DNA from: Desulfobulbus propionicus DSM 2032
GTDB taxonomy: Bacteria > Desulfobacterota > Desulfobulbia > Desulfobulbales > Desulfobulbaceae
Direction of reading: 5' to 3'
Length of the DNA: 32,000 nucleotides
Assembly (NCBI RefSeq): GCF_000186885.1
Contig: NC_014972.1
Location: 3,210,001 to 3,242,000, forward strand
Within the stretch, counting starts at the first letter, position 1; each line of letters starts with the position of its first letter. The notes beneath the pieces are model-generated. The model was not told where the DNA came from and made no database searches. It worked only from the letters and a program-made list of their open reading frames with translations. A program made the position numbers and the translations under genes. This document shows positions 8,809-18,117 of the stretch, piece after piece.

Positions 8809-9975
8809 ATGAGTGACGAAACTTTTGCAGATCTTTTCCAGGCGAACACCGTAGCCCGTTCAACCCTCCAGCCGGGAGGGCGGGTGGAGGCTGCCGTTGT
8901 AGGCATCAGCGGCGATAACATCTTCCTTGACGTCGGCGGTAAGAGCGAGGGCGTGCTCCATGCCTCAGAACTGCGCAACGACCAAGGAGAACTGACCATA
9001 GCCCCCGGTGACCGGATCGATGTTTTCTTCCTGGCCGCCCGTGGCGGCGAATTGGTCTTCACCACCCGTCTTGGTTCCGGTCAGACCGGCTCGCGGGAAC
9101 TGGAAGAGGCTTTTCAGTCGGGCATCCCGGTTGAAGGTAAGGTGACAGGAGAAGTCAAGGGTGGGTTCTCGGTGACCGTTGCCGGACAGCGCGGCTTTTG
9201 TCCCTACTCGCAGATGGATATCCGCAAGGTAGAAAATGCCGAAGAATATCTTGAAAAAATCATGACCTTCAAGATCATCGAGTACGGCAGCCAGGGAAGG
9301 AACATTATCCTGTCGGCCCGAGCAGTTCAGGAGGAAAAACGCCAGCAGGAGCGCGAGGCGCTGAAAGCGCGACTCAACGAAGGCATGCAGGTAAGCGGTG
9401 AGGTCACCTCCATCCGCGAATTTGGCGCCTTTGTTGACATTGGCGGCATCGACGGGCTCATCCCCCTTTCCGAACTTGCCTGGGGGCAAACCGACAAGGT
9501 CGAAGATGTCCTCCAACGCGGCCAGCAGGTCGAGGTGATCATCAAACGGCTGGATTGGGACAAGGATCGCATCTCGCTCAGTCTGCGTGAAACCACGGAA
9601 GATCCCTGGAACAAGGCGTTGACCCAGTATCCCATCGGCTCGGTCCACCAAGGAAAGGTTTCACGGCTCGCCGCATTCGGGGCCTTCGTCACCCTGGAAC
9701 CGGGGATTGACGGCCTGTTGCACATCTCCAAACTCGGGGGGGGGCGGCGGATTCATCATCCTCGCGAGGTGTTGGAAGCCGGCCAGGAACTGACCGTAAA
9801 AATCGAGTCCATCGACAGAGAGCAAAAGCGCATTGCCCTCGCTCCTGAAGATTACACCGCCAGTGAGCAGCCGGAGCGGGAAAAGTACACACCTCCACCC
9901 GCCGCCAAGGAGTCCCCCTCCATGGGCACCTTGGGCGACTTATTGAAGTCGCAGATGAACAAAAGGAAAAAATAG
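8809..9975 (+). CDS. S1 RNA-binding domain protein (30S ribosomal protein S1-like, short form with about 4 S1 repeats)
   Basis: Repeated S1 signatures: PGGRVEAAVVGISGDNIFLDVGGKSEGVLHASEL; NEGMQVSGEVTSIREFGAFVDIGGIDGLIPLSEL; PIGSVHQGKVSRLAAFGAFVTLEPGIDGLLHISKL. Start codon chosen at MSDETF. Confidence 0.85.
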   Translation: MSDETFADLFQANTVARSTLQPGGRVEAAVVGISGDNIFLDVGGKSEGVLHASELRNDQGELTIAPGDRIDVFFLAARGGELVFTTRLGSGQTGSRELEEAFQSGIPVEGKVTGEVKGGFSVTVAGQRGFCPYSQMDIRKVENAEEYLEKIMTFKIIEYGSQGRNIILSARAVQEEKRQQEREALKARLNEGMQVSGEVTSIREFGAFVDIGGIDGLIPLSELAWGQTDKVEDVLQRGQQVEVIIKRLDWDKDRISLSLRETTEDPWNKALTQYPIGSVHQGKVSRLAAFGAFVTLEPGIDGLLHISKLGGGRRIHHPREVLEAGQELTVKIESIDREQKRIALAPEDYTASEQPEREKYTPPPAAKESPSMGTLGDLLKSQMNKRKK

Positions 9976-9983
9976 CAAAGACT

Positions 9984-10020
9984 CCCGCATCAGGGCAACA
10001 TCGTGGTGTCCTGATGCGGG
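9984..10020. terminator. Perfect 11-bp inverted repeat between convergent S1-protein and rlmB genes
   Basis: CCCGCATCAGG (9984-9994) / CCTGATGCGGG (10010-10020) with a 15-nt loop; no strong T-tract on either side. Confidence 0.5.
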
Positions 10021-10030
10021 ACGGACGATC

Positions 10031-10852
10031 TCACAGGGAACGGCGGGCGATCTCAAACATGATGACGGCCGCAGCCACCGAGGCGTTCAGCGAGTTGAAC
10101 GAAGCCTGCATGGGAATCGTCACCAGCACATCGCATTGCTTCCGTACCAGTGGCCGTATGCCCTTGCCTTCGCTGCCAATGACCAGGCAGATCGGCCCTG
10201 AAAAATCAGTGGTGTAGATCGGAGCGGCATTCGCTTCGGCTATCGCGCCGAAAATCCAGAATCCTTGCTCCTTCAACCTGTTGAGGGCATCGACCAAATT
10301 GACGACCTGGCATAACCGCAGATGGGACACGGCGCCGGCCGAGGTGCGGGCGACGGTGCCGGTGAGGGGCACGCTGCGTTCCCTGGTGAGGATCACCCGG
10401 GAAAACCCCGCGGCCAGGGCGGAACGCAGAATCGAACCCACGTTGCGCGGGTCCTGCAGAGAGTCAAGCACCAGGATGCGTGCCTGAGTTGTTTGTTCTT
10501 CGTCCGTGATCCCGGCCAGCAGATCCTCCAGCGACAGAAGACGGGCTTCGCTCTGCCGCGCCACCACCCCCTGATGTCGGCAATTTTTCGGCACCCCCAT
10601 CCTGGCGCCATCAACAAAGCGAACCGCGATCGCATGGCTTTTCGCATGGTCGATGATCTGCTGCAGACGCGGACCGGCTTTGCCCTTTTGCACCAGAATT
10701 TCACTGATTCCGCCACATCCTTCCTGCTGGAGGGTCTCCCAAACCGCGTTGAATCCCCACAGGAGATCCTCGGAAGGTTCATCTGAAGCAAACGGTCGCG
10801 CTGGTTTGGTGACCGTTGATTCTCGCCGCTTGCACTCCATCAGGTTGACCAC
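10031..10852 (-). CDS. rlmB: TrmH-family 23S rRNA (guanosine-2'-O-)methyltransferase RlmB-like
   Basis: LLWGFNAVWETLQ...ILVLDSLQDPRNVGSILRSALAAGFSRVILT...SAGAVSHL...ICLVIGSEGKGIRPLVRKQCDVLVTIPMQASFNSLNASVAAAVIMFEIARR: SpoU/TrmH knot motifs 1-3. Confidence 0.93.
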   Translation of the reverse strand: MVNLMECKRRESTVTKPARPFASDEPSEDLLWGFNAVWETLQQEGCGGISEILVQKGKAGPRLQQIIDHAKSHAIAVRFVDGARMGVPKNCRHQGVVARQSEARLLSLEDLLAGITDEEQTTQARILVLDSLQDPRNVGSILRSALAAGFSRVILTRERSVPLTGTVARTSAGAVSHLRLCQVVNLVDALNRLKEQGFWIFGAIAEANAAPIYTTDFSGPICLVIGSEGKGIRPLVRKQCDVLVTIPMQASFNSLNASVAAAVIMFEIARRSL

Positions 10853-11448
10853 GACATCGGTTGCCCAGAGGAGGTCCGCCGCCGCCGACAGCGCTCGGCG
10901 ATGATGATGCTGCGCAGGCTCTCCACCGCCTCGTCAAGCCGGTCATTGACAATCAGATAGTCATAGGCGTTGACACAGGCCAATTCCTTGCGGGCATTGT
11001 TCAGGCGAACAGCCAGCGTCGCCTCGTCTTCCGTGCCCCGTCCTCGCAATCGCTGCTCCAAATCGGCAAGGGTCGGCGGAGCAATGAACACCGTCACGGG
11101 ATTGGTTCTTTGGCACACCTGCGCCGCCCCCTGAACGTCAATATCCAAGAGCACATCCAACCCTGCCCGCTGATGTCGCTCCACCTCGGCTACACTGGTA
11201 CCGTAAAGGTTGCCATGGACCTCCGCCCATTCAAGAAAGCCTGTGGGTTGCTGGTTGCGAATGGCGGCGAAGGTATTCTGGTCGACGAAATGATAGTGTA
11301 TGCCCTCGTGTTCGCCAGGGCGGGGGGGACGAGTGGTGTGGGAGACGGAGAAGACCAGTCCAGGCAGCTCCCGCATCACCCGGTTGACGATGGTGGTCTT
11401 GCCGCAGCCGGAAGGGGCGGAAAGCACAAGTAACAGGCAGTCATGCAT
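10840..11448 (-). CDS. gmk: Guanylate kinase
   Basis: [21 protein letters not shown]...[21 protein letters not shown]...[15 protein letters not shown]...[16 protein letters not shown]...[21 protein letters not shown]. Confidence 0.96.
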   Translation of the reverse strand: MHDCLLLVLSAPSGCGKTTIVNRVMRELPGLVFSVSHTTRPPRPGEHEGIHYHFVDQNTFAAIRNQQPTGFLEWAEVHGNLYGTSVAEVERHQRAGLDVLLDIDVQGAAQVCQRTNPVTVFIAPPTLADLEQRLRGRGTEDEATLAVRLNNARKELACVNAYDYLIVNDRLDEAVESLRSIIIAERCRRRRTSSGQPMSWST

Positions 11449-11746
11449 CGGCGTCCTCCTCTTTGCCCTTGGCCAGTAGATGGGTGGGGTTGCGGTATTC
11501 CTGATCAATGGCCAGCAGTCGCTGACTGATCGTTTCTGGTTGCACCGAGGAAAGAATGAGATGGCCGGAATCGAGCAGGATGATGGCGCGGGTACGTCGT
11601 CCTTCGGTGACGTCGATCAGCTTTTTTTCCGCCCTGGCCTCTTCCTTCAACTTGCGGATGGGCGAAGAGCCAGGATTGACCACCGCCAGAATGCGGCTAA
11701 CCTTAACGGCATTGCCAAAGCCGATATTGAGCAACCTGCTGTCCAT
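11441..11746 (-). CDS. RemA-like / DUF370 family regulatory protein
   Basis: [77 protein letters not shown]; canonical DUF370 sequence, placed between yicC and gmk as in many bacteria. Confidence 0.92.
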   Translation of the reverse strand: MDSRLLNIGFGNAVKVSRILAVVNPGSSPIRKLKEEARAEKKLIDVTEGRRTRAIILLDSGHLILSSVQPETISQRLLAIDQEYRNPTHLLAKGKEEDADA

Positions 11747-11809
11747 ACATTTCATCAAGAGTAAGAGGGAGAGGAGAACCAACGCTGCACAGCGCGGAGA
11801 TCGGCGCAT

Positions 11810-12691
11810 TCACTCGATATTCTGCACCTGCTCGCGCAATTTTTCGATCTCGTTTTTCATTTCCACCGCCAGATGGGCAATACCGGCATTGGCGATCTTT
11901 GAGGAGAGGGTGTTCACTTCGCGCAAGAATTCCTGGAGGAGAAAATCGAGTCGACGGCCAACCGGCTCATCGCTGACCAGGTAGGCGCGAAATTGGGCCA
12001 TGTGGCTGCCAAGCCGCGTAATTTCCTCGGTCACGTCACTTTTGTCGGCCATGATCGCAGCTTCCTGGGCCAAACGCAGGGGATCGAGATCAAGGCCCTC
12101 CAGCAGCTTGGCCACCCGGAGGCGGAGTTCCTGCTGGCGTTGCCGGAGGAGCTCTGGAATGCGGTTGTCGATCTGACGAACGATCGATTCGAACCTGGCC
12201 AGCCTGCCAAGCAGATCACGTGCGAGTGCTTGCCCCTCTTGTTCGCGCATGGTGTCACAATCATGGAGAGCGGCCTCCAGGGCAGCGCTGATCAGTGCCC
12301 ACTCCGCATCCATGTCAGGATGTTGCTCCTCCAGACTAACGACATCCCGCAAGGTTAGCATGTCACGCAAGCTGATCTCGGCATCGATCCGGTAGTCCTC
12401 GACCAGTTGCTGCAAGCAGCGATGGTACTGGCGGGCTACGCTGTCATTGACCACCAGGTGCGGTTCCGCCGGTGAGATGCCGTGCAGGCTGAAGGTGATA
12501 TCAACCCGCCCTCGATCAAGCATGGAGGCGACCTTTTTCTTGACCGGTTCCTCCAAGGCGGCAAACAGCCGTGGAAGAACAACTCGTTGGTCAAGAAAAC
12601 GGTGGTTGACAGTACGGACTTCAGCCACCCAGGTCCGTCCTCCCTCGGAGGCTTCCCCCCGACCAAATCCGGTCATGCTTCGTGGTCGCAT
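11810..12691 (-). CDS. yicC: YicC/YloC family endoribonuclease
   Basis: MRPRSMTGFGRGEA...WVAEVRTVNHRFLDQRVVLPR...RGRVDITF...LLQEFLREVNTLSSKIANAGIAHLAVEMKNEIEKLREQVQNIE (C-terminal QEx4E..T..SK..d..i....v..K..iE+iREQ.QNiE). Confidence 0.94.
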   Translation of the reverse strand: MRPRSMTGFGRGEASEGGRTWVAEVRTVNHRFLDQRVVLPRLFAALEEPVKKKVASMLDRGRVDITFSLHGISPAEPHLVVNDSVARQYHRCLQQLVEDYRIDAEISLRDMLTLRDVVSLEEQHPDMDAEWALISAALEAALHDCDTMREQEGQALARDLLGRLARFESIVRQIDNRIPELLRQRQQELRLRVAKLLEGLDLDPLRLAQEAAIMADKSDVTEEITRLGSHMAQFRAYLVSDEPVGRRLDFLLQEFLREVNTLSSKIANAGIAHLAVEMKNEIEKLREQVQNIE

Positions 12692-12750
12692 TGCTTGTTC
12701 TCCTGGCGATAAAACTGCCCCGTAACCACTTCCCCTAAAGAAGCTCGGGG

Positions 12751-13752
12751 CTACGCGCAATCCTTTTGCAGCGCCTCGCGCAACTCGGCGGTCGTGACGC
12801 AAGCCGTACCTATCTTGCCGACCACGATACCGGCGGCGTGATTTGCAAGCGCAGCCGCCTCACCCATCGCGCAGCCGGCAGCAAGCCCGAGTGCCAGCGT
12901 CGCGGCCACCGTGTCTCCGGCTCCAGTCACATCGTAGACTTCCTTGGCCATGGTCGGGATGGTCACCAGCTCATCCTCGCCTTGCAACAAGGCCATGCCG
13001 GCCTCGCCCCTGGTGACCAGGACCGCTTCACAGCCAAGATCATCTCGAATCTGCCGGGCAGCGGCAAACAGACTCTTCTGATCATCGATCCGCATTCCGG
13101 CCATCTGCATCGCTTCGTGGTGGTTGGGAGTGATGACGGTGGCGCCAACAAAACAGTGCGCATTGGCAGGTTTCGGATCGACGATCAAGGGGAGCGGTCG
13201 TTTGTCCCGATGGCGAACTGCATGGAGCAACTGGTGCAGGCGGATCATGAGGTGCTCGCTGACCACCCCTTTGGCGTAATCCGAAACCACGACAGCATCA
13301 AAGCTGTGCACATTGGTTTCAAGATAGTGCAACAGGGCCTCCAGTGATTTTTTTGAAGGCACTCCAGTCTGTTCACGATCAAATCGGACTACTTGCTGTC
13401 CTTGGGCAACGACCCGGGTCTTCACTGTGGTGGGACGCTGCCCCACGACCAATCCATCCGTGGGCACTCCGAGCTGGCCGACCAGCTCGATGGCCTTGTG
13501 TCCCATGGAATCATCGCCGATTAATCCGCACAGCGCGCCGCTTCCGCCCAGGGAAACGATATTGCGCAACACGTTGGCTCCCCCACCCAGCAATAGGTTC
13601 TCCCGTTGCACATTGACAACCGGAACCGGGGCCTCTGGCGATATGCGCGTGGCGGTTCCCCAGAGAAAATGATCGATGATGATGTCACCGATCACCAAAA
13701 CTCTGGCCTTGGCAAACCGGTCAAGCGCTCCTGACAATACGTGGATGGACAT
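12751..13752 (-). CDS. rfaE1: D-glycero-beta-D-manno-heptose-7-phosphate kinase (HldE kinase domain / RfaE1)
   Basis: VLVIGDIIIDHFLWGTATRISPEAPVPVVNV...LLLGGGANVLRNIVSLGG...VTRGEAGMAL...VYDVTGAGDTVAATLALGLAAG; lacks the C-terminal nucleotidyltransferase domain. Confidence 0.92.
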   Translation of the reverse strand: MSIHVLSGALDRFAKARVLVIGDIIIDHFLWGTATRISPEAPVPVVNVQRENLLLGGGANVLRNIVSLGGSGALCGLIGDDSMGHKAIELVGQLGVPTDGLVVGQRPTTVKTRVVAQGQQVVRFDREQTGVPSKKSLEALLHYLETNVHSFDAVVVSDYAKGVVSEHLMIRLHQLLHAVRHRDKRPLPLIVDPKPANAHCFVGATVITPNHHEAMQMAGMRIDDQKSLFAAARQIRDDLGCEAVLVTRGEAGMALLQGEDELVTIPTMAKEVYDVTGAGDTVAATLALGLAAGCAMGEAAALANHAAGIVVGKIGTACVTTAELREALQKDCA

Positions 13753-13791
13753 TCTGATGTCGAAAAAGGAATGATGAAGAGCGACCAGCGC

Positions 13792-14322
13792 CTACTTCAT
13801 CACCTTGTTCAATTCTGACACAACATCAGCGGAAATGTCGACCGAATCAGCGGAAAAGAGGACGACATTCCGCGGCAGCACCACTGTGTAGCCTCCATCA
13901 TCAGCCACCTTGCCGACAATCTCTTCCAGTTTCTTGAGAATAGGATTGACATGCTGCTCGCGCAGTTTTTTCAACTCCTGGTTCGCTTCGTCCTGCTTGA
14001 CCGCCAAGTCACGTCTCTTTTTCTGAAATTCCGCCGCTTTCTCCTGCTTGACACTGTCACTCCACGCAGAACCCTTCTTCTCCATTTCCTTCTGCATGTT
14101 GATCAGCGCCGTCTCATCGTTTTTAAAGGAAGCCTGCAGGGACTTCATCTTCTGCTCGATGATTCCTTGTGCTCGTTTTCCTGCGGTCGAGGAAGAAAGC
14201 ACCTGTTTCATGTCGATCACACCAATTTTGGTGTCTGCGGCCACGACATCGCCACACACCAGAGATATCGCCATAACGACCACGCAACCGATGTAGCCAA
14301 CCGTCTTTTTCATACGCTTCAC
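13792..14322 (-). CDS. OmpH/Skp family periplasmic chaperone
   Basis: Signal peptide, then KIGVIDMKQVLSSSTAGKRAQGIIEQKMKSL..., Lys/Glu-rich coiled coil, and C-terminal VNPILKKLEEIVGKVADDGGYTVVL. Confidence 0.85.
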   Translation of the reverse strand: MKRMKKTVGYIGCVVVMAISLVCGDVVAADTKIGVIDMKQVLSSSTAGKRAQGIIEQKMKSLQASFKNDETALINMQKEMEKKGSAWSDSVKQEKAAEFQKKRRDLAVKQDEANQELKKLREQHVNPILKKLEEIVGKVADDGGYTVVLPRNVVLFSADSVDISADVVSELNKVMK

Positions 14323-14400
14323 TCTTTCTTCTCCTAACTTTGTCTTGATCCCGGAAACGCGACTGCTTCACGGTCGCGAGGAATGGATGAACCAGAATAT

Positions 14401-14434
14401 AAAAACCGGGTAAGGGCTGCTGCCCATACCCGGC
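14401..14434 (-). terminator. Rho-independent terminator downstream of pal
   Basis: Minus strand reads GCCGGGTATGGGCAGCAGCCCTTACCCGGTTTTTA: long GC-rich stem plus T-tract. Confidence 0.8.
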
Positions 14435-14457
14435 TGTTCACCAATCAATACAACATG

Positions 14458-14970
14458 CTATTTTACAATAACGAAATCGTCGCGCCGATTCTGCGCCCAG
14501 GAGATTTCATCATGGCCGAACAGCAACAACTTTTCCTCCCCAAAACTAACCGTGGTCAGCTGGTTGGAATTGACGCCAAGGTTAATCAGGTAGGTCTTGG
14601 CACTCTGGGCACGCCGCTCACCCAACGCAATATTGTACTCCTGCGTGCCACGGGGATCGCAGTTCCCCTCGATTCTAATTTTCAGATCAGGGTTCTTTTT
14701 GATGAAGTCGGCGTTGGTCTCGATTCGCTGTACCTGCTCACCGGTGATGCTGGAGCTGTCAAATTCGAAATAGACTGGCACCATCGGGCCCGATGTCCGC
14801 CCTTCCATGATGCCGGAATCTTCCGTCTCCAGAGGCTCCGACGCACCTGCCCCCTCGGTGCCAGTCACCTGTGACGTGGTGTCCGCAGCCTTCTTGCTGC
14901 AGCCTGTCAGGCTGACGCCAAGGGCAAGGAAAGCCAACATAACGAAATTCAACATTTTTTTACTGCTCAT
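14458..14970 (-). CDS. pal: Peptidoglycan-associated lipoprotein (Pal)
   Basis: Lipobox LALGVSLTGC followed by VPVYFEFDSSSITGEQVQRIETNADFIKKNPDLKIRIEGNCDPRGTQEYNIALGERRAQSAKTYLINLGV (OmpA-like domain). Confidence 0.94.
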   Translation of the reverse strand: MSSKKMLNFVMLAFLALGVSLTGCSKKAADTTSQVTGTEGAGASEPLETEDSGIMEGRTSGPMVPVYFEFDSSSITGEQVQRIETNADFIKKNPDLKIRIEGNCDPRGTQEYNIALGERRAQSAKTYLINLGVNSNQLTTVSFGEEKLLLFGHDEISWAQNRRDDFVIVK

Positions 14971-15157
14971 TTCTCCCTCCCATATCAATAAAAAATAAAC
15001 AAATGCACGTTTCGACAATTTACTTCGCCAACTAAGAAAAACAACTATTTTTTCCCGAAAAATAAAATTCCTTGCAAAAGCCCATGAGCCTCTCTACATT
15101 CTGTGAGATTTTGCCGATGTCCTTCTCCCTTTTTTTCTGAGAAAAAGTATTACTCAC

Positions 15158-17353
15158 ATGATCGTACACCAACCCGCCTCAACGGATACCGTAGAGAGTC
15201 TTGTCTGCTCCAATCGCTTCGGAACATTTTTCGGTGTCCCCCAACAGGTGTTTGACACCGTGTGGCGCAACCTGACCAAGCCCGATCGCAGCGCGGTCGC
15301 CTATGTTTCCATGGAAATAGGCGCCGATCCGGATGTATTTCATCCATTGAGAGATTTTCTGGAACAAAAGGGAATCATCGACAGTCCCAATCCGCAACGG
15401 CAAGCCCTGCTGCGTAAATATCTCCATGGACCGCGCAAAATCCCCAACTACAGTGGCGGTCTCGGGGTCCTTGCCGGTGACACCCTGAAAAGTTTTGCCG
15501 ATCTGCACCTGCCCGTTCTGGCTATCAGCCTCCTCTACCGCGAAGGGTACTTTTCCCAGATCGTCGACTCCAAGGTTGGGCAAATCGACCATGCCACCCG
15601 GTGGACGCCCGAAGCCACGCCCACCCTGTTCCTGCTGCGCGATCCCCAAGCACCGGATCAGCCACTGACCATCGACATCCCCTTCTATAATGGCCAGCAC
15701 AGGCCGTCGATGGTCAAGGCCCAAGTCTGGATGAAAATGGAAATCGCCGACCAGCTCGACTATTTTGTTCCCGAGTTCTTGCTGGATTACAGTCTCCCCG
15801 ATGCCCCGCCCTGGGTGGTTGAGTCGGCCCATCAGCTGTACAATGCGAAGTCCACCATGATCAAGGCCAATCAACGCCGCATGCTCGGGTCTGCCATCCT
15901 GCCCCTACTGGAAACGCTCGGCATGGCAACGGACACCATCCATCTCAACGAACAGCATGGAGTGACGGTGACCCTGCACCTGATCCTTCGGGAACTCCAG
16001 GAAAAACTCGGCGACGCTTTTCCCGACACCATGACCGATGCCGACATTCTTGCCGCGGCAGCACAGGTCTCCCGCAAAATTGTGTATACCATTCATACCC
16101 CGGTCAAAGCCGGACACGACCGATTTTCCCGCGATCTCTATTCGGGGATCAGCCATAAGGCCTTTCAGCGGATACTCAACCTGCTTGCCCACGACGAAGA
16201 CATCGCTCACGAATACAACTTCACCGCCATGGCAATGCGGATCAACCGGGCCATCAACAGCGTCAGCCGATTGCATCGCGACGTCACCAAAAAGCAATTT
16301 CCAGCCTTCGCCCAGAAAATCAAAGCCATCACCAACGGCGTTCACCATCTGACCTGGATCAGTGACAACCGTATTAACTGTTTCAACCGCATCCCTTCCC
16401 TGCGCGACTGGCGCAACGATCCCAGCTGCTTTTCCGCCATTGCCGAACAGGATCTGCCGTTGTTGGCAAAACTGTTACAAAACGCCTGGGCCAAGGACAA
16501 CCAGTTACTCATCGGTTATGTGAACAACATGTTGAAACGCCACCGCGAGCAGATGATCGAAACGTGGATCGATCCTCCCAATCATCTCTCCGGTCTTCCT
16601 GAAACCGAATGGCTCAAGCCGGGGGTGTTCACCTTCGGTTTTGCTCGGCGATTTTCCACCTATAAACGGGCAGATCTTATCTTCGACGATATCGGCCGGC
16701 TGTCCGATATCCTCATCAAGAACAACTGGCCGGTCAACTTCATTTTCGCTGGCAAGGCTCACCCTGCGGATGAGCCGGGAAAATATGTGCTCAAGTTGAT
16801 TCTCGACAATCAAGAAGAACTGTACAAACGGAGCAACGGTCTGGGAAAACTCGTCTTTATTCCCGGCTACGACATGCGTGTGGCCAAAATGATGGTCGCC
16901 GGCGTTCACGCCTGGCTCAACAGCCCCAAGCGACCGCTCGAGGCCAGCGGCACCAGCGGCATGAAAGCCGCCATGAATGGCGTGCCGAACATCAGTATCA
17001 TGGACGGTTGGTGGGTGGAGGGCTATCATGAGGGGCAAACCGGGTGGAAATTCGGCTATGAAGGGCCGGTTGACGATGCCGATCTCAGCGAGGACCCGGA
17101 ATCCCTGCTGTACACCGAGGATGCGGCCGCGTTTTACGATCTGCTGCCCACGGTACTGGAGACATTTTATACCGATCCCGAATCCTATCTCACCCGCGCA
17201 CTGAACAACTTGCGACTCAATATTCCCATTTTCAATACCCATCGGATGGCGGCTGAATACGTCACCCAATACGCCCTGCAACTCGTGCCGCCATTGGCCG
17301 CGACCATTGATCGATTTCGCCAGTTGTATCAAAGCGACCGGCCCGAGCAATGA
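15158..17353 (+). CDS. glgP: Alpha-glucan phosphorylase (glycogen/starch phosphorylase family)
   Basis: VAYVSMEIGADPDVFHPL...YSGGLGVLAGDTLKSFADL...FARRFSTYKRADLIF...FIFAGKAHPADEPGK...VFIPGYDMRVAKMMVAGVHAWLNSPKRPLEASGTSGMKAAMNGVPNISIMDGWWVEGY. Confidence 0.94.
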   Translation: MIVHQPASTDTVESLVCSNRFGTFFGVPQQVFDTVWRNLTKPDRSAVAYVSMEIGADPDVFHPLRDFLEQKGIIDSPNPQRQALLRKYLHGPRKIPNYSGGLGVLAGDTLKSFADLHLPVLAISLLYREGYFSQIVDSKVGQIDHATRWTPEATPTLFLLRDPQAPDQPLTIDIPFYNGQHRPSMVKAQVWMKMEIADQLDYFVPEFLLDYSLPDAPPWVVESAHQLYNAKSTMIKANQRRMLGSAILPLLETLGMATDTIHLNEQHGVTVTLHLILRELQEKLGDAFPDTMTDADILAAAAQVSRKIVYTIHTPVKAGHDRFSRDLYSGISHKAFQRILNLLAHDEDIAHEYNFTAMAMRINRAINSVSRLHRDVTKKQFPAFAQKIKAITNGVHHLTWISDNRINCFNRIPSLRDWRNDPSCFSAIAEQDLPLLAKLLQNAWAKDNQLLIGYVNNMLKRHREQMIETWIDPPNHLSGLPETEWLKPGVFTFGFARRFSTYKRADLIFDDIGRLSDILIKNNWPVNFIFAGKAHPADEPGKYVLKLILDNQEELYKRSNGLGKLVFIPGYDMRVAKMMVAGVHAWLNSPKRPLEASGTSGMKAAMNGVPNISIMDGWWVEGYHEGQTGWKFGYEGPVDDADLSEDPESLLYTEDAAAFYDLLPTVLETFYTDPESYLTRALNNLRLNIPIFNTHRMAAEYVTQYALQLVPPLAATIDRFRQLYQSDRPEQ

Positions 17354-17413
17354 GCGACCGGCCCTCCCCCTTTTCGCAAAAAGAACGCTAACGGGCCGCC
17401 CAGGGGACTTTTT

Positions 17414-17449
17414 CTGTACAAAAGCAGTGCTTATCACTGTGAGGTACAG
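17414..17449 (+). other. Interrupted stem-loop in the leader region of the hypothetical/radical SAM pair
   Basis: CTGTAC-AAAAG-CAGTG-CTTAT-CACTG-TGAG-GTACAG: 6 bp + 5 bp helices flanking an asymmetric internal loop, directly readable in sequence. Confidence 0.45.
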
Positions 17450-17686
17450 TATAAGAACACTCATCTTTCCGGGATTGGCGCCCTTTGACAGGGCATGCCT
17501 ATCAAGAGGCGTTTCGAGATGTTTCCTTGCCGGTCAGCTTTTTCCCATGCAGCGGATACATCGTCTATTTTTGCCCCCAAGATGAACCAGCGGCTGATCG
17601 TCATTGTCACGATGCACGACAGGAGGGTGGCAGCCGCACTACGATATCATTGAGAGACCAACAGCGACGAAGAAAGGAGCAACCCC

Positions 17687-18109
17687 ATGGCCCGTCATAT
17701 TAACCCGAGCAATTCCACCAATAAAACCATTGACGCCATCGACCGCAAAAGAGAGCGGGAACGGCAGTTCATGCTCAAGAAATCCCGAGAAATGGCTGCC
17801 GAACTGGCTGTCGCCCTCGTCCAAAGATTGCTGGATTTGCACATCATTGAGACCAATTCCGTGCATGCCATCCAAGAAGTCATGGCCAAACAGTTGCAAC
17901 AGTTGAGCGATATGGAAGAGTTCGACATGCAGTTTAAGATCGCTCCCATCCGGAACCTGACCCCCGACCCCAACGTCATCAGCCTTTTTCTCACCCAATT
18001 CATCATCGAGGATCTGATCAATCATGACAACATCCAAGATGTTTTTGGCGATGATCTTGAAATTTATCGGGCTGTTGATTCCATCCTGAATAGGATACGT
18101 CCCCGGTAA
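17687..18109 (+). CDS. Small protein of unknown function, predicted mainly helical
   Basis: 140-aa ORF with AAAGGAG Shine-Dalgarno. MARHINPSNSTNKTIDAIDRKRERERQFMLKKSREMAAELAVALVQRLLDLHIIETNSVHAIQEVMAKQLQQL...; 8 nt upstream of the radical SAM gene. Confidence 0.75.
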   Translation: MARHINPSNSTNKTIDAIDRKRERERQFMLKKSREMAAELAVALVQRLLDLHIIETNSVHAIQEVMAKQLQQLSDMEEFDMQFKIAPIRNLTPDPNVISLFLTQFIIEDLINHDNIQDVFGDDLEIYRAVDSILNRIRPR

Positions 18110-18117
18110 CCTAGTCC

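Noticed and set aside
8196-9065. 289-aa minus-strand ORF
   Set aside because: Antisense to two well-supported genes (phosphodiesterase and S1-domain protein).
10840-12802. yicC-remA-gmk order considered as possibly novel
   Set aside because: This order is common in bacteria. The only variation is rlmB following gmk where rpoZ often sits, which is not enough for a separate claim.
16505-17464. 319-aa minus-strand ORF
   Set aside because: Antisense to the conserved 3' half of glgP, no recognisable domain.
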